Of a stretch of DNA of 64,000 nucleotides, positions 1 through 13,025 are shown piece by piece. Under the pieces are notes generated by a model that saw only the letters and a list, made by a program, of their open reading frames with translations, ran no database searches and was not told the origin of the DNA. Origin of the DNA: an uncultured virus (IMG/VR IMGVR_UViG_3300046750_000723) (lineage: Duplodnaviria; Heunggongvirae; Uroviricota; Caudoviricetes). Position 1 is the stretch's first letter. Every line of letters begins with the position of its first letter. The DNA lies in the IMG/VR virus record IMGVR_UViG_3300046750_000723; one strand, 5' to 3'. The translations under genes and the position numbers were made by a program.

Positions 1-1
1 T

Positions 2-3000
2 GATTTAACTCAATTAGAAAAAACATTCACTGTTGGTCATATAGACCTTGAAGATAAAACATATTCTTTTATATACCAAGGAATAACAACCACGGGTACC
101 ACAACATATCAAGTAGATGAGTATCCGATAGTATTAACGGGAACAACAAAGTATGGTGATACACAAAAGATTGTAAGTGAGAATAATGATGTGTTCTTCC
201 AAAAAGGTGCGGGTTGGTATGAGATAAGTTTACAACATAGGTCATCAACGGAATTAGATACAGAAAATTCTAATTTGTTGTCTAACCCAAAAATTATAAA
301 AACAAAGAATAAAGATTTCACGTATGGTGAAGATTATTTTGATTTATATCGACAGTTTTATGGGTTAGATTATGGACACGAATTACACAATACCATAGAC
401 AACAATAAAACGGAGTTATTATCGGATACAGATTCAAAAACTTTAAATAGAAAAAATATACAAATTTATCTATCGTCCGCACAAGGTATTGATTATGATG
501 TATATAGAAAATCGAGAGATTTAGAGGTAAGTTTCGGATTAAAGACTTTAGAACCTCAAACAGGTTTCACATTTGCGGAGTACATGGATAACGTATTGAA
601 TGAACAAATACGTAACTCACACACTGTAAAATACCAAAAATCTTATATTCAATTAGAAGATGTTTATTGGGGGTATTTAGAAAAAGTCGGTACACCATAT
701 AGTTTCCCAACAGTTAATGAGTTCATTAATAGAATGAGTCCTCATTGGGTGGAAATAATAGAACAGTTTGTACCTGCAACAACTTTATGGACTGGTGGTA
801 ATATCTTAGAAAATAGTCGTATTGGTAGGTCCAAACACGATTACCTAAAACCGTGTACTATTGAACAGGTTGAGGACAATCTATATCCTAAATTAGGTTT
901 CGAACACTCTATAGAGGAAGATTTAGAAGTTTATTTTTTAGGTGACAAGGATTTATTCAGGGGGTTAACTGTTGTAAGTGGGGTCACTTACGTCCTAAAG
1001 ATAGTTTTAATGGGAGAAGAATATACAGCGTCTTCTCCGATCACACTTACAGGAGGACAATTATTTGATCCATTTATTTCTACTTCTGAATGTACAACTA
1101 TTAATGATGTTATTTTTAGTGGTGGTGAGACTTTTGACGGGTCAAAACATTTACCATTACTCTGTGATTTTAAATGTAATCTAAACCCTGACAGAGACGT
1201 ATTGGATCCTTTATGGGTCAATGCGGTCAACAGTATATTCTCTCAAATAAATGAAAAATATTATACTAAAACAGCATATACTGGTTATGACACCATTAGT
1301 AACCACGCGGGTGGAGAAGGATATGAAAGAATCACAGGTAATACAGAAACAAGTGATGAAAATCAAAATATAGAAAATGGGTTTAATAATCAACTATCAA
1401 CTAACGGTGAAAACTATGGATATGAAAATGTACCTATAGTTTCTCACGAAATCTTTACTGATAGTGATGGTGTCCAAAAAATAAGAATTACACCGTTTAC
1501 ATACGACACACAATTATATATTGCAAACCCTGGTGATCCATACGGTGATGCATACATACCCGCAGATTTAGATTGTTTAGATTTAAGTACGTTTGATTTC
1601 TTTTGGGAATCAACATATCTAACAGGTACTACACAATGTGACCCTAAGGTTAAGGTTTACGGTCCTAATACTTTCTACACATTACCAGAGGATGAGGACG
1701 ATTGTATCTTAATGGAGGATGTATATTTTGAAGTATCAGGAGTTACATTTGGTAATGAAGATACTGTAGATGATGGAGATCCATGTACCGATTGTCCACC
1801 ATATAATACATCGTGGCCGTTAAACATATTCATAGATTGTGTGGGTGGATATAACGAATCAATTAGTGGTCATACATATACGGTTAATCATGTTTCGGGA
1901 TGTACGTTTGTCGTTAACAATGTTAGAGAAAATGATATCATTGATATATCAATAACAGACGCTGCGAATTGTGATCAAAAAATAAGAATAGAGGGATTAC
2001 AACAAAAATTTGAATGGGACCCTGTAGATGGTGATGATGTGACTACATCAAGAAGTCATTATTTACAATACTCATTTGATACTTACGATGATGGGGATGA
2101 CCCCGATAGTAGTGACCCCCTTAATAGTCAATCGGGTATTACTTTCTGTGATAACTATTCAGGATATACTCTACAACCTATTGTACAATATAGACCTACG
2201 TTTGATTATGGTCTAAGACAAAATACTAAAGTTATAAAAGTAAATAATGGTGTTATACTTGACGAAAATACAACTTGGGATCAAATACAAACCTATTTAG
2301 ATGATAATACTTTAGAAAAAATAAACATTGAAAATGTTGTAATAGGTGATCAATTACTTTCAGGGGTATATAAAGATTGTCCTTTCTCATCTCAAGACTA
2401 TAACGATGCGGTTATTAGTGGATATTCGTTCTCTTATGATTACAAGGTCGTAACGGTTGAAAATAAAGACTGTTTAGGTTCCACAAAAATTAACAAGATA
2501 AATGAGAGATTTAGTTTTTTACCTAACACTAGATTATGGGTAATGACTAAAACAATGGAAGATGGAAGTCAGGGTGATAATTGGAGATTCACTGAAAAGT
2601 ATCCTGAAGAATTATACCCAAGACCTGATGACCCTATTGATCCTTGTTGTAGTTACCAAGTTGGTTACTATGAAAGTGGAGATTATATATTTAATGAACA
2701 TGGTTTCCCTATAGAAGTACTAAAAGTCGATTTAGATTATTGTGTTAGAGATTTATTTTACCATTTAAATGTTAGTCCAACATCAGTTTACGATGTTTCA
2801 ACTAACTGTTCTGAAGTTATTCTTTTCAATGGAGACTCCGAAGATTGTGTATTAGTTGGACATGACGAACAGAAGTTCGAAAACATGGACATGAAAATGC
2901 AACAATACTTCCAAGATAAGTTAGATTGTTCTGACATGCCGGATATAGATGACATTGAAAGAGATTTAACAGGATTAGATGATTGTGATACATTAAATGC

Positions 3001-6000
3001 GTTTAAACTTAAACACTTTGATACGGGAGAAATAAGATATACCGCAATAAACGAAGATTTTAATATAGGTGATGCGGTAAATATTGAATTCATTAACAGT
3101 GGATCTCAAAATGAAGAAATTAACCTAATTCAAAAATTATCACCAGGTCAAAATTGTTGGATTGTAATATCTAAAGTCTATGCCAATGTTATTGAATATA
3201 TGGTATCGGGTCCATGTGATGATGTTAGACGACCAGGTCCATCGGCAACACCAACAAGTACTCCGACTCCCACACCTACACCTACTAATAGTCCAACCCC
3301 TACACCTACTAGTAGTCCTACACCAACAAGTACAGAAACTCCTACCCCTACACCTACTATTAGTCCTACACCTACGGATACTCCAGTACCAACTAGTACT
3401 GAAACACCTACACCTACACCTACGGACACACCAATACCTACGAGTACGGAGACACCAACACCTACACCCACACCAAATTGTGACTTTGACATAGATGTGG
3501 ATTTGACAACTCCTACTCCTACACCTACTCCTACACCAACTATCGACTGTGATTTTGATATTGATGTGGATTTGACAACTCCAACTCCTACACCAACAAA
3601 TACATCGACACCTACACCAACTCCTACACCGAATTGTGATTTTGATATTGATGTAGATTTAACTACACCCACACCAACACCTAGCCCAACAAGTACACTA
3701 ACCCCAACACCAACTATCGACTGTGACTTTGATATTGATGTAGATTTAACTACACCCACACCTACACCAAGTCCTACACCTACATTAGATTGTGACTTTG
3801 ATATTGATGTTGACTTAACTACACCAACACCCACACCAAGCCCAACAAGTAGTCCAACACCAACACCCACATTAGATTGTGATTTCGACATTGATGTAGA
3901 TTTAGTAACTCCGACTCCAACAAGTACTAATATACCACCCACATCAACCCCAACACCTACTCCTACACCAAATTGTGATTTTGATGTGGACGTTGATTTA
4001 GTGACACCAACACCTACACCAAGCCCTACAGAACCGATACCAACGAATGTCTCAAATCCAACACCAACCCCTACACCCACATTAGATTGTGATTTCGACA
4101 TTGATGTAGATTTGGTAACACCTACACCAACCTCAACTCCTACAAGTACTCCAACTCCAACGGAAAGTAGTACACCAACACCAACTCCATCACCTACACC
4201 TAACTGTGATTTCGACATTGATGTGGATTTGGTAACACCTACCCCAACTCCAACAAGTAGTCCTACACCAAGTCCTACAAGTAGTCCAACACCTACACCC
4301 ACACCAGATTGTGACTTCGATATAGATATTGATGTGGTAACTCCGACCCCCACACCATCACCAAGCCCAACAAGTACTAATACTCCTACATTTACTCCAA
4401 CTCCAACAAGTACTAATACCCCAACACCGACTCCAACACCTAATTGTGATTTCGACATTGATGTAGATTTGGTAACACCTACTCCTACACCATCTCCGAC
4501 TAGTACTCCAACCCCTACACCAAGTCCGAGTCCAACTAATACACCAACTAACACTCCAACGCCAAGTCCAACACCTAACTGTGATTTTGATATTGATGTT
4601 GATGTGGTAACACCTACTCCTACACCATCACCAAGCCCAACAAGTAGTCCAACACCAAACCCTACTAGTACTCCGACTAATACACCCACACCAAGTCCAA
4701 CCAATACACCTACCCCCACACCCACACCTAACTGTGATTTTGATATTGATGTTGATGTGGTAACACCTACACCTACACCAACAAGTAGTCCTACGCCATC
4801 ACCAACTAACACACCTACTCCTACACCTACTAATACACCTACACCAAGTCCGACAAGTAGTCTTACTCCAACACCAACAAGTACATCAACTCCAACACCT
4901 ACCCCTACGCCAAATTGTGATTTTGATATTGATGTTGATGTAGTTACCCCTACTCCTACACCTACTAATACACCTACACCAAGCCCAACAAGTAGTCCAA
5001 CACCAACACCTAGTAGTAGTCCAACAAGTACTCCAACTAACACACCAACGCCAAGCCCAACAAGTAGTCCAACACCTAGCCCTACTAACACACCCACACC
5101 GACTCCAACACCTAACTGTGATTTTGATGTGGATGTTGACGTAGTTACTCCTACTCCTACTCCAACTAACACACCTACACCAAGTCCTACAAATACACCT
5201 ACACCCACTCCAACAAGTACGGAGACACCTACACCTACACCAACAAGTAGTCCTACCCCAAGTCCAACTAGTACTCCAACACCAACTCCTACACCGAATT
5301 GTGATTTTGATATTGATGTTGATGTAGTTACACCTACACCAACACCATCCCCAACAAGTACTCCTACACCTACCCCAAGTCCGAGTCCAACTAATACACC
5401 AACGCCAAGTCCGACAAGTACTCCAACTAACACACCTACACCAAGCCCAACTAGTACGCCTACCCCTACACCTACACCTAACTGTGATTTCGACGTAGAC
5501 GTTGATGTGGTAACACCTACACCAACACCAACAAGTAGTCCAACACCTAGCCCAACAGAAACACCTACACCAACACCTACTCCAAGCCCAACACCTTCAC
5601 CAACACCTTCACCTACACCAATAGATTGTCCTGCACCATGTACGACAACAATAAACTCAGATCTATTCCAAACTTGGAACACTAACTTGGTTGGGTCCAA
5701 CTTTAAAGAATTGGGTGGATATTGTAATGAAGTGAGAGATAAGAGTGGTAATGTAGTATCAACGAATAGTGAAGAATGGACTTACGACACAAACACATGT
5801 ATTGTTTACGTTTACTATGAAGGTAGTACTATGAGAAGGAGTTGTATTGGGGAGCATACATCACCTGTAGGGACTGAAGTAAGTTCTTTTGACCATACAG
5901 ATGGTACCCTTACACCAACAGGTTCAAATAGGTTATTTGATACTGATATAAGATTTATAGATAATGATAATAATGCAATCATAATAGTAACCGAGTGGGA

Positions 6001-6085
6001 TTCCACATTAACATCATTATTACATGTTCACATTTTATGTGACTGTAGTTTTGAGGGGGATGTTACCGTTCATAATTTGAATTAA
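2..6085 (+). CDS. Very large baseplate-like structural protein, 5'-truncated, with degenerate Hint-like region and [10 protein letters not shown] repeat array
   Basis: The frame of ORF 191..6085 is open back to position 2, so the true start lies upstream of the window. The N-terminal part ([22 protein letters not shown]) resembles phage baseplate wedge proteins from memory. About 3240-5620 is a Pro/Thr array. Confidence 0.6.
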   Translation, partial: DLTQLEKTFTVGHIDLEDKTYSFIYQGITTTGTTTYQVDEYPIVLTGTTKYGDTQKIVSENNDVFFQKGAGWYEISLQHRSSTELDTENSNLLSNPKIIKTKNKDFTYGEDYFDLYRQFYGLDYGHELHNTIDNNKTELLSDTDSKTLNRKNIQIYLSSAQGIDYDVYRKSRDLEVSFGLKTLEPQTGFTFAEYMDNVLNEQIRNSHTVKYQKSYIQLEDVYWGYLEKVGTPYSFPTVNEFINRMSPHWVEIIEQFVPATTLWTGGNILENSRIGRSKHDYLKPCTIEQVEDNLYPKLGFEHSIEEDLEVYFLGDKDLFRGLTVVSGVTYVLKIVLMGEEYTASSPITLTGGQLFDPFISTSECTTINDVIFSGGETFDGSKHLPLLCDFKCNLNPDRDVLDPLWVNAVNSIFSQINEKYYTKTAYTGYDTISNHAGGEGYERITGNTETSDENQNIENGFNNQLSTNGENYGYENVPIVSHEIFTDSDGVQKIRITPFTYDTQLYIANPGDPYGDAYIPADLDCLDLSTFDFFWESTYLTGTTQCDPKVKVYGPNTFYTLPEDEDDCILMEDVYFEVSGVTFGNEDTVDDGDPCTDCPPYNTSWPLNIFIDCVGGYNESISGHTYTVNHVSGCTFVVNNVRENDIIDISITDAANCDQKIRIEGLQQKFEWDPVDGDDVTTSRSHYLQYSFDTYDDGDDPDSSDPLNSQSGITFCDNYSGYTLQPIVQYRPTFDYGLRQNTKVIKVNNGVILDENTTWDQIQTYLDDNTLEKINIENVVIGDQLLSGVYKDCPFSSQDYNDAVISGYSFSYDYKVVTVENKDCLGSTKINKINERFSFLPNTRLWVMTKTMEDGSQGDNWRFTEKYPEELYPRPDDPIDPCCSYQVGYYESGDYIFNEHGFPIEVLKVDLDYCVRDLFYHLNVSPTSVYDVSTNCSEVILFNGDSEDCVLVGHDEQKFENMDMKMQQYFQDKLDCSDMPDIDDIERDLTGLDDCDTLNAFKLKHFDTGEIRYTAINEDFNIGDAVNIEFINSGSQNEEINLIQKLSPGQNCWIVISKVYANVIEYMVSGPCDDVRRPGPSATPTSTPTPTPTPTNSPTPTPTSSPTPTSTETPTPTPTISPTPTDTPVPTSTETPTPTPTDTPIPTSTETPTPTPTPNCDFDIDVDLTTPTPTPTPTPTIDCDFDIDVDLTTPTPTPTNTSTPTPTPTPNCDFDIDVDLTTPTPTPSPTSTLTPTPTIDCDFDIDVDLTTPTPTPSPTPTLDCDFDIDVDLTTPTPTPSPTSSPTPTPTLDCDFDIDVDLVTPTPTSTNIPPTSTPTPTPTPNCDFDVDVDLVTPTPTPSPTEPIPTNVSNPTPTPTPTLDCDFDIDVDLVTPTPTSTPTSTPTPTESSTPTPTPSPTPNCDFDIDVDLVTPTPTPTSSPTPSPTSSPTPTPTPDCDFDIDIDVVTPTPTPSPSPTSTNTPTFTPTPTSTNTPTPTPTPNCDFDIDVDLVTPTPTPSPTSTPTPTPSPSPTNTPTNTPTPSPTPNCDFDIDVDVVTPTPTPSPSPTSSPTPNPTSTPTNTPTPSPTNTPTPTPTPNCDFDIDVDVVTPTPTPTSSPTPSPTNTPTPTPTNTPTPSPTSSLTPTPTSTSTPTPTPTPNCDFDIDVDVVTPTPTPTNTPTPSPTSSPTPTPSSSPTSTPTNTPTPSPTSSPTPSPTNTPTPTPTPNCDFDVDVDVVTPTPTPTNTPTPSPTNTPTPTPTSTETPTPTPTSSPTPSPTSTPTPTPTPNCDFDIDVDVVTPTPTPSPTSTPTPTPSPSPTNTPTPSPTSTPTNTPTPSPTSTPTPTPTPNCDFDVDVDVVTPTPTPTSSPTPSPTETPTPTPTPSPTPSPTPSPTPIDCPAPCTTTINSDLFQTWNTNLVGSNFKELGGYCNEVRDKSGNVVSTNSEEWTYDTNTCIVYVYYEGSTMRRSCIGEHTSPVGTEVSSFDHTDGTLTPTGSNRLFDTDIRFIDNDNNAIIIVTEWDSTLTSLLHVHILCDCSFEGDVTVHNLN
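3476..5512 (+). repeat. 17 copies of [N/D]CDFD[IV]D[VI]D[LV][TV] separated by variable-length Pro/Thr/Ser linkers
   Basis: Counted directly in the translation and cross-checked against 17 KSQ motifs in the antisense shadow ORF. Synonymous codons differ between copies. Confidence 0.95.
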
Positions 6086-6103
6086 AAAGTATATATTTTA
6101 ATA

Positions 6104-9100
6104 ATGGCAAGAATATTCGACATAAAAATAACATCAGGGACTTCACACAGTCTCTATACGATATACTACGATCAAGTCGATGCCGCCAATATCGCAACAA
6201 GAGTGAGTACCTCATTACCTGCAACGGGTGTGACGTACAATGATTTAACAAGTGGTTCGGGAGTTACGGTTAGTGTCCCTAACAGTGCAACTTCAATATT
6301 ACTATATAATAATTCATGTGTGATTGATGATGAAATTATTTTACCAACCCCAACTCCATCACCAACACCAACAAGTACACCCACCCCTACACCAACAAGT
6401 AGTCCTACACCAAGTCCTACACCAAGTCCGAGCCCAACAGAAACTCCTACACCAACTCCATCACCTAGCCCAACTAACACACCTACACCAAGTCCAACGA
6501 CTAGTCCAACACCTACACCTACACCAAGTCCAACTCCAAATTGTGATTTTGATATGGACATCAATGTGGTTACACCAACACCAACACCCACACCAAGCCC
6601 AACAAGTAGTCCAACACCAACTCCGACTAGTACACCAACACCTACACCAAGTCCAAGTCCGAGCCCAACAGAAACTCCTACACCAACACCGAGTCCGACG
6701 ACAAGTCCTACTCCAACTCCGACTAGTACACCAACACCTACACCAAGTCCTACACCAAATTGTGACTTTGATGTTGATGTTACACTTAATACAAGACCCT
6801 CCATAATAGTACCTAATTTTTCTCAAACAGAAAACACGGCAACGGGAACTACAATAGGTAACTTAGTTGCAAATGATGATGAGGGAGGAACGTTTACGTG
6901 GGTATTTGAAGATACCGCTAATTATCCTGATAATAATTCTTTCTCATTGACTAGTGGTGGGGTATTATCTAACGCGGAGGTTTTCAACCATGAGGTAAAA
7001 AGTTTATATACTTTATATGTTAAGGTCACCGATAACGGTGGATTAACAAATACAAGAGAATTTACGGTAGACATAGTCGATGTTAATGAAACACCATACG
7101 GTTTAACCTTAAGTAATAATTCACAAAGAGAAAACACACCAACGGGGACAACAATTGGTATTTTTTCGGGGTTAGATGTTGACAGTAACGAAACATTTAC
7201 ATACGCACTAACGGGTAGTGGTAATAATAATTCGGCGTTCGCCTTATCAAGTTCGGGTGTACTAAAAAATGCAATAGTTTTTAATTATGAGGTTAAAAAC
7301 TCTTATAGTATTGAAGTGACGGTTACGGATAGTGGTAATAACACTTATACGGATACATTTACAATTTCAGTACTTGACGTTAATGAATCACCAACAAATT
7401 TATCCTTATCAAGTAATAGTATTGCGGAAAATCAATCTACAGGAACAACAATAGGTACTTTCAGTAGTACGGATGTTGATTCGGGAGATAGTCATTCTTA
7501 TGAACTTGTTAGTGGTTTAGGAGATACTAATAATGGTTCATTTACATTAACAAGTGGTGGTGTTCTAAAAAGTAAAGAAGTTTATAACTATGAAGGTAAG
7601 AACAGTTATTCTATAAGAGTAAAAACTACTGATTCGGGGGGATTAACCCACATAGGTATATTTACGATTTTGATTACAGATCTTAACGAAACCCCTTCTA
7701 ACATAACACCATCAACAGTATCATTCCAAGAAAATCAATCGACAGGAACAACAGTTACTACATTCACCGCCACCGATGTTGATTCGGGTGATACACATAC
7801 TTTTGAATTAGTAAGTGGTCTTGGAGATACCAACAACGATTCGTTTAGTTTGAATAGTAATGGTACTCTGACATCTAACGAGGTGTTCAACTACGAAGTT
7901 AAAAACTCCTATACAATAAGAGTCAAAGCAACAGATTCAGGTGGTTTAACACACGAAAGATCAGTAACAATTAATATCACCAACGCAAACGAAGTACCTA
8001 CAGATATAACTTTAAAAAATAATAATATTCCTGAAAATAGTTCTACGGGTACTACGGTTGGTCAATTATCCACAACAGACCCTGACGCAGGAAACACATT
8101 CACATATACATTAGTAAGTGGAGTGGGTGACACTAATAACAGTTCATTTAAAATAAGTGGTGATAAGATTCAAAGTAGTGAAATATTCAACTATGAAGTT
8201 AAGAACACTTATTCAGTTAGAGTAAGATCGACAGACCAAGGTGGTTTATACAGAGAAGAATCGTTTACTATTAATGTAACTAATGTTAATGAAACTCCAA
8301 CAAACATATCATTATCTAATTCATCTATTGATGAGAATGTGGCAACAGGGACCACTGTGGGAACATTATCCACAACAGACCCTGACGCAGGAAATACATT
8401 TACATATACATTAGTAAGTGGTGTTGGAGATACCAACAATGGTTCATTTTATATAGACGGAACGACCTTAAAAAGTGGTGAAGTTTTTGATTATGAAACC
8501 AAGAATTCATACACAATAAGAGTAAGATCAACAGATCAAGGAGGGTTATGGTATGAGAAAAAAATAATCATATCAATAACAAATATATCTGTATCAGGTA
8601 CTCTTAGTGGAACAAACTTAACTTGTTATAATGATTCGTCAGGTGAGATTGAAGTTACATCACAAACGGGGGGAGATTCACCATACACGTATAGTATAAA
8701 CGGTATAAATTATCAAACATCTACGACATTCTCAAACCTTTCGGCGGGTACGTACATTGTTTCTATAAAAGATGACAATGGTGAAATAGGTACAGTAAGT
8801 AAAACAATAACACAACCACCAGTATTAAACATAACTGATTCACACACAGACCCAACATGTTATGGGGGGAGTGATGGAGAAATACAATTTTCTGTTGTTG
8901 GTGGAACAGGTGAAATAACTTATACTATAAATGGTGACGAAACAACGGAAACACTTCACTCAGACTTGAGTGCTGGTACTTATACTTTCATCGCGACAGA
9001 TGAAAATAGATGTACTGATAGTAGGGTTGTAACTTTAAGTGTAACACAAGTATCCGCAACAGTAACACAATCTAATGTCACATGTAACGGTGGTAGTGAT

Positions 9101-12100
9101 GGTTGGATTAATGTAACTTCAGCTATAGGAGGATCAGGTAGTGGATATGAAGTCAAATTAAATAGTAATGGGACCTACGAAACTTTAACTGATTATAAAC
9201 TATATTCAACTTTATCGGATGGAACATATACTATTTATGTTAAAGATGGTGATGGTTGTGAAAGAACATATAGTATAACAATTACGGAACCCGCGGCTGT
9301 AACATTTACAGAAACACATGTTGACCCAACATGTTGGAATGGTAAAGACGGTAGTATTACTCTTACAGCTTCAGGAGGTAACGGATCTTACGAATATCAG
9401 TTTAATGGTTTTTGGCAATCATCAAACGTAAAAACAGGTTTACGGACAGGTAGTAATAGTATAAGAGTAAGAGACGGTAATGGATGTACTTCAAGTATTG
9501 GGTCTGTTACTTTATCTACTACAAAACCATTTGCAACTATTACGTCCACAAATGTGGTATGTAATGGTGACGACGATGGTACAATATCGGTTTCTAATCC
9601 AACAGGTGGGTCGGGAGCAACATACCAAGTCAAATTAAATAGTAATGGAACATATGTTAACTTAACAGGTACCCAACTTTATGAGGACTTATCACCAGAT
9701 ACCTACAATATTTATATTAAAGATAGTGATGGTTGTGAAGGGATTTACATTAAGACCATTACAGAAAACAATGGAGTTACTGCAAGTACTGCATCAACGA
9801 ATCCAACATGTTTTGGTGATACTGATGGTTCTATAACTGTTACAGGTAGTGGTGGTACGGGATCGTACACTTATAAAATAGGTAGTGGATCTTATCAAAC
9901 ATCAAATTCATTCACAAGTCTTGGTAATGGAACATATACGTTATATGTTAAAGATAGTAATGGTTGTGTGGATACCACATCAACAACATTAAATAGAACA
10001 CAAGTAAGTGCATCAATTTACAGTAATCAACCTTCATGTAATGGAGGTAATGATGGTGACATCACATTATCATCAATTACGGGCGGAAACGGTGGTACGT
10101 ATCAGTTTAAATTTGAAAGTGGTAATTGGACTAATTTTAGTTCCGCAGTAACGTTTACAAATAAATCCGCCGGAACATACACAATACAGGTTAGGGATGG
10201 TCAACAGTGTAGTAGAAGTTATTCTTATACTTTAGGTCAACCAACAGCAGTAACATCATCTGTATCTGTAACCCATCCATCTTGTGCAAATAGTAAAGAC
10301 GGATCAATAACCATAACAGGTGGTGGTGGATCGGGATCATATGTGTATTCTATTAATGGGTCAAATTATTACATATCTAATACATTTAATAACTTGTCTG
10401 TAGGAAGTGGTACCGCATATGTTAAGGATACTCGTGGATGTATAAGTACAGTTTCGTACACTTTGACAAAGACTAACCCAACAGCAACCATTTCAGTAAC
10501 AAACGCATTGTGTAACGGAGACAGAGGATCAATAACCGTTTCTAATCCATCAGGTGGGAATGGAGGTACATACCAAGTTAAATTAGACACAGGATCGTAT
10601 CAGAACTTTTCATCTAATTCATATACATTCACTTCAGTAACTGTTGGTAGTCATACTATTACCATAAAAGATGGTGATGGTTGTGAAAGAGGGTACAGTA
10701 GAAGTGTTACAGAGCCAACGTCGGTTGTTGTATCGTACACTAGTTTATCTCATCCTTCATGTAGTTACAGTAGTGATGGTAGTATAAATTTTGCGGTTAG
10801 TGGTGGTTCAGGTTCATACACATACAGACTAAATGGTACATTAATAACTAATATAACGGTTACAGGTTTAACTACAGGTTCTTATGTTTTATATGCAGAA
10901 GATGATAATGGGTGTAGTGATTCAGTTTCGGTTAACTTATCTAAATCTTCACCATTGGCTACAGTAACTACGTCTAACCCAAGTTGTAGTTCGGGTAGTG
11001 GTGCGATTACAGTATCGAGTCCTGCGGGAGGAAACGGACCAACTTATGAATCAAAAATTGGGAATGGTCCATATACAACAATAGGTAGTCCAACAATTTA
11101 CTCACCTCTATCTTCAGGAACATATACAATTACTATAAAAGACGGAGATGGATGTACAAGGACATATGATAGAACAATAACAATACCTACAGCAGTAAGT
11201 TTCACCACTTCAGTAACCCACCCAACATGTAATGGGGATAGTGACGGAGAAATAACATTTACTGCAAGTGGGGGTAATGGATCATATCAATATTCCATAA
11301 ATAACGGGATAAATTATCAGTCAAATAGAACTTTTTCTAATCTAACTATAGGGACATACCTATTGAGAGTTAAAGATGGTGAAAATTGTAGTACTACAGG
11401 TACAGTAACTTTAAGTAAAACAGACCCTAGTGCGACATTCACTATGTCATCTGTGAGTTGTAACGGAGGTTCTGATGGAGAAATTGAAGTTTCAAGTATG
11501 ACAGGTGGTAATGGTGGAACATATTCACATAGATTTGGTTTAGGTTCTTACTTAACCACGTCCCCTCATACTTATAATAATTTATCTGCGGGCGATCATT
11601 ATATTACCATAAAAGATGGTTCGGGATGTACAGAAGCATATACGATCACAGTCACAGAACCAACGGCACAAACGGTTTCTATAACATCGTTTACCACAAC
11701 AACAGGAAGTACGGGTAGTATTACCGTGACATCTACGGGAGGTGTGTGGCCAAAAACTTATAGATTATATGAGGATACCACTTCACCATATACGGTTGGT
11801 GGTGGGACATTAGTTGCAACAATTACAGGTGTAACTTCGGCCAACCATTCACAGACATTCAGTAATTTATCACAAGGATATTATTACGTCGTAGTAACAG
11901 ATGCGAATGGATGTACCGCCAACAGTGCAACTATTGAAAGTACATTTGATGATAGTGATGGCTGTAATTGTGTAGAGGTCGGTGTTATTTCAAGTAAATT
12001 AACAAACGGTGGTCAGGATTTATACTACGTTAATAATGATTGTGAAAATGGGTTGACTGATATAAACCTAGCTCAATATTTAGCGGAGATTGGTGAAGAC

Positions 12101-12277
12101 GAGGATAGTAATATTTTTAAATTCTGTAGTCAATCACCAGTTAGTCATAGTTTTAAATATGGTTTAGGTGGTAATACTTTCGATGGACCTCAATCAGGGG
12201 GGATAACAGTAACACCTTTTGATACTTCGTGTACTCAAAACTCGGATTGTAGTAAAAGTATTAAAGGATTCGAATAA
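6104..12277 (+). CDS. Adhesin-like structural protein: N-terminal domain, PT linkers, 6 cadherin-like repeats, about 14 SprB-like repeats, Cys-rich C-terminus
   Basis: Cadherin-type motifs (ENxxxGTxIG, DxD, FNYExKNSY, VxDVNExP) occur six times. SprB-type units (xxPTCxGxxDGxIxxxxxGGxGxYxY...LxxGxYxxxVKDxxGC) occur about 14 times. Confidence 0.8.
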   Translation: MARIFDIKITSGTSHSLYTIYYDQVDAANIATRVSTSLPATGVTYNDLTSGSGVTVSVPNSATSILLYNNSCVIDDEIILPTPTPSPTPTSTPTPTPTSSPTPSPTPSPSPTETPTPTPSPSPTNTPTPSPTTSPTPTPTPSPTPNCDFDMDINVVTPTPTPTPSPTSSPTPTPTSTPTPTPSPSPSPTETPTPTPSPTTSPTPTPTSTPTPTPSPTPNCDFDVDVTLNTRPSIIVPNFSQTENTATGTTIGNLVANDDEGGTFTWVFEDTANYPDNNSFSLTSGGVLSNAEVFNHEVKSLYTLYVKVTDNGGLTNTREFTVDIVDVNETPYGLTLSNNSQRENTPTGTTIGIFSGLDVDSNETFTYALTGSGNNNSAFALSSSGVLKNAIVFNYEVKNSYSIEVTVTDSGNNTYTDTFTISVLDVNESPTNLSLSSNSIAENQSTGTTIGTFSSTDVDSGDSHSYELVSGLGDTNNGSFTLTSGGVLKSKEVYNYEGKNSYSIRVKTTDSGGLTHIGIFTILITDLNETPSNITPSTVSFQENQSTGTTVTTFTATDVDSGDTHTFELVSGLGDTNNDSFSLNSNGTLTSNEVFNYEVKNSYTIRVKATDSGGLTHERSVTINITNANEVPTDITLKNNNIPENSSTGTTVGQLSTTDPDAGNTFTYTLVSGVGDTNNSSFKISGDKIQSSEIFNYEVKNTYSVRVRSTDQGGLYREESFTINVTNVNETPTNISLSNSSIDENVATGTTVGTLSTTDPDAGNTFTYTLVSGVGDTNNGSFYIDGTTLKSGEVFDYETKNSYTIRVRSTDQGGLWYEKKIIISITNISVSGTLSGTNLTCYNDSSGEIEVTSQTGGDSPYTYSINGINYQTSTTFSNLSAGTYIVSIKDDNGEIGTVSKTITQPPVLNITDSHTDPTCYGGSDGEIQFSVVGGTGEITYTINGDETTETLHSDLSAGTYTFIATDENRCTDSRVVTLSVTQVSATVTQSNVTCNGGSDGWINVTSAIGGSGSGYEVKLNSNGTYETLTDYKLYSTLSDGTYTIYVKDGDGCERTYSITITEPAAVTFTETHVDPTCWNGKDGSITLTASGGNGSYEYQFNGFWQSSNVKTGLRTGSNSIRVRDGNGCTSSIGSVTLSTTKPFATITSTNVVCNGDDDGTISVSNPTGGSGATYQVKLNSNGTYVNLTGTQLYEDLSPDTYNIYIKDSDGCEGIYIKTITENNGVTASTASTNPTCFGDTDGSITVTGSGGTGSYTYKIGSGSYQTSNSFTSLGNGTYTLYVKDSNGCVDTTSTTLNRTQVSASIYSNQPSCNGGNDGDITLSSITGGNGGTYQFKFESGNWTNFSSAVTFTNKSAGTYTIQVRDGQQCSRSYSYTLGQPTAVTSSVSVTHPSCANSKDGSITITGGGGSGSYVYSINGSNYYISNTFNNLSVGSGTAYVKDTRGCISTVSYTLTKTNPTATISVTNALCNGDRGSITVSNPSGGNGGTYQVKLDTGSYQNFSSNSYTFTSVTVGSHTITIKDGDGCERGYSRSVTEPTSVVVSYTSLSHPSCSYSSDGSINFAVSGGSGSYTYRLNGTLITNITVTGLTTGSYVLYAEDDNGCSDSVSVNLSKSSPLATVTTSNPSCSSGSGAITVSSPAGGNGPTYESKIGNGPYTTIGSPTIYSPLSSGTYTITIKDGDGCTRTYDRTITIPTAVSFTTSVTHPTCNGDSDGEITFTASGGNGSYQYSINNGINYQSNRTFSNLTIGTYLLRVKDGENCSTTGTVTLSKTDPSATFTMSSVSCNGGSDGEIEVSSMTGGNGGTYSHRFGLGSYLTTSPHTYNNLSAGDHYITIKDGSGCTEAYTITVTEPTAQTVSITSFTTTTGSTGSITVTSTGGVWPKTYRLYEDTTSPYTVGGGTLVATITGVTSANHSQTFSNLSQGYYYVVVTDANGCTANSATIESTFDDSDGCNCVEVGVISSKLTNGGQDLYYVNNDCENGLTDINLAQYLAEIGEDEDSNIFKFCSQSPVSHSFKYGLGGNTFDGPQSGGITVTPFDTSCTQNSDCSKSIKGFE

Positions 12278-12349
12278 ATAAAAAAATAACAAAACGAATA
12301 AATCGTAATAACGATATATTTATAATAAAAGAAAATAAAATTAAATAAT

Positions 12350-12937
12350 ATGGCAGCATCAAACGACTATCAAGTAACATTCACATTAAATGGGTTGTAC
12401 ACAGGAACTACGGAGGCAGATAATTTCACTATTGTCGGTAAACACTGTAATGGTTCTCCTGCAGATACAATAATTGCAACAGGGGTAACCGCATCAGATT
12501 TAACTACTGGTGTTACATACACAATTGCAGCAACAATTTCGGGAGGAACAATAACATCAACAGGAGACTGTACTAATTCAGTACCTTGGGCAGGTTTAAC
12601 GTGTGAAGGTGGAGAAATACCAACACCTACCGCAACGCCAGAACCTTCATCATCTTCAGTTTTTGTAGTTAGTAGATGTAACGATGATCAACTATTCTAT
12701 TTAGCTGATGATATAAGTTGTATTGAGGGTAATTTAAGTACTCCTCCTAACCCAAGTATTTATATTGTGGGTGAATATGTACAATTTACAGATGGTACTT
12801 CTTGTAATTCAGAACAAACTTCATATTGTGGTATAATCACAGCAGTGAATTCAGTATCTGAAAGAAACGCAGTATTAATCAAACACGAACTTCTTAACAA
12901 ATCAAAAGGTTGTACGAATACAGAATGTATGGAATAA
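12350..12937 (+). CDS. Small Cys-rich structural protein with paralogous N-terminal domain
   Basis: ATGVTxxDLTxG is shared with the 6104 N-terminus. The C-terminal VSRC...VGxxxQF...YCGxITA module is shared with the 14149 ORF. Confidence 0.6.
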   Translation: MAASNDYQVTFTLNGLYTGTTEADNFTIVGKHCNGSPADTIIATGVTASDLTTGVTYTIAATISGGTITSTGDCTNSVPWAGLTCEGGEIPTPTATPEPSSSSVFVVSRCNDDQLFYLADDISCIEGNLSTPPNPSIYIVGEYVQFTDGTSCNSEQTSYCGIITAVNSVSERNAVLIKHELLNKSKGCTNTECME

Positions 12938-12960
12938 CTTAACTTGTTTAATATACTTTA

Positions 12961-12989
12961 AAAAACCCGTTATTATGACGGGTTTTTTT
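12961..12989 (+). terminator. Intrinsic terminator (possibly bidirectional)
   Basis: AAAAACCCGT-tattatg-ACGGGTTTTTTT just after the 12937 stop. Confidence 0.8.
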
Positions 12990-13025
12990 ATTTAAAGTAA
13001 TCTACTTATTAATGTATTTATATGT

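Noticed and set aside
3476..5512. Regularly recurring ~30-nt motif resembling a CRISPR array
   Set aside because: Copies vary at synonymous positions, spacers are low-complexity PT codons of very uneven length, all are in frame within a CDS, and no cas operon is present.
3178..5700. 840-aa minus-strand Gly/Val-repeat ORF (and similar ones at 6172-6804 and 18260-18859)
   Set aside because: Antisense shadow of the CCN/ACN codons of the PT repeats, which rarely create stops on the opposite strand.
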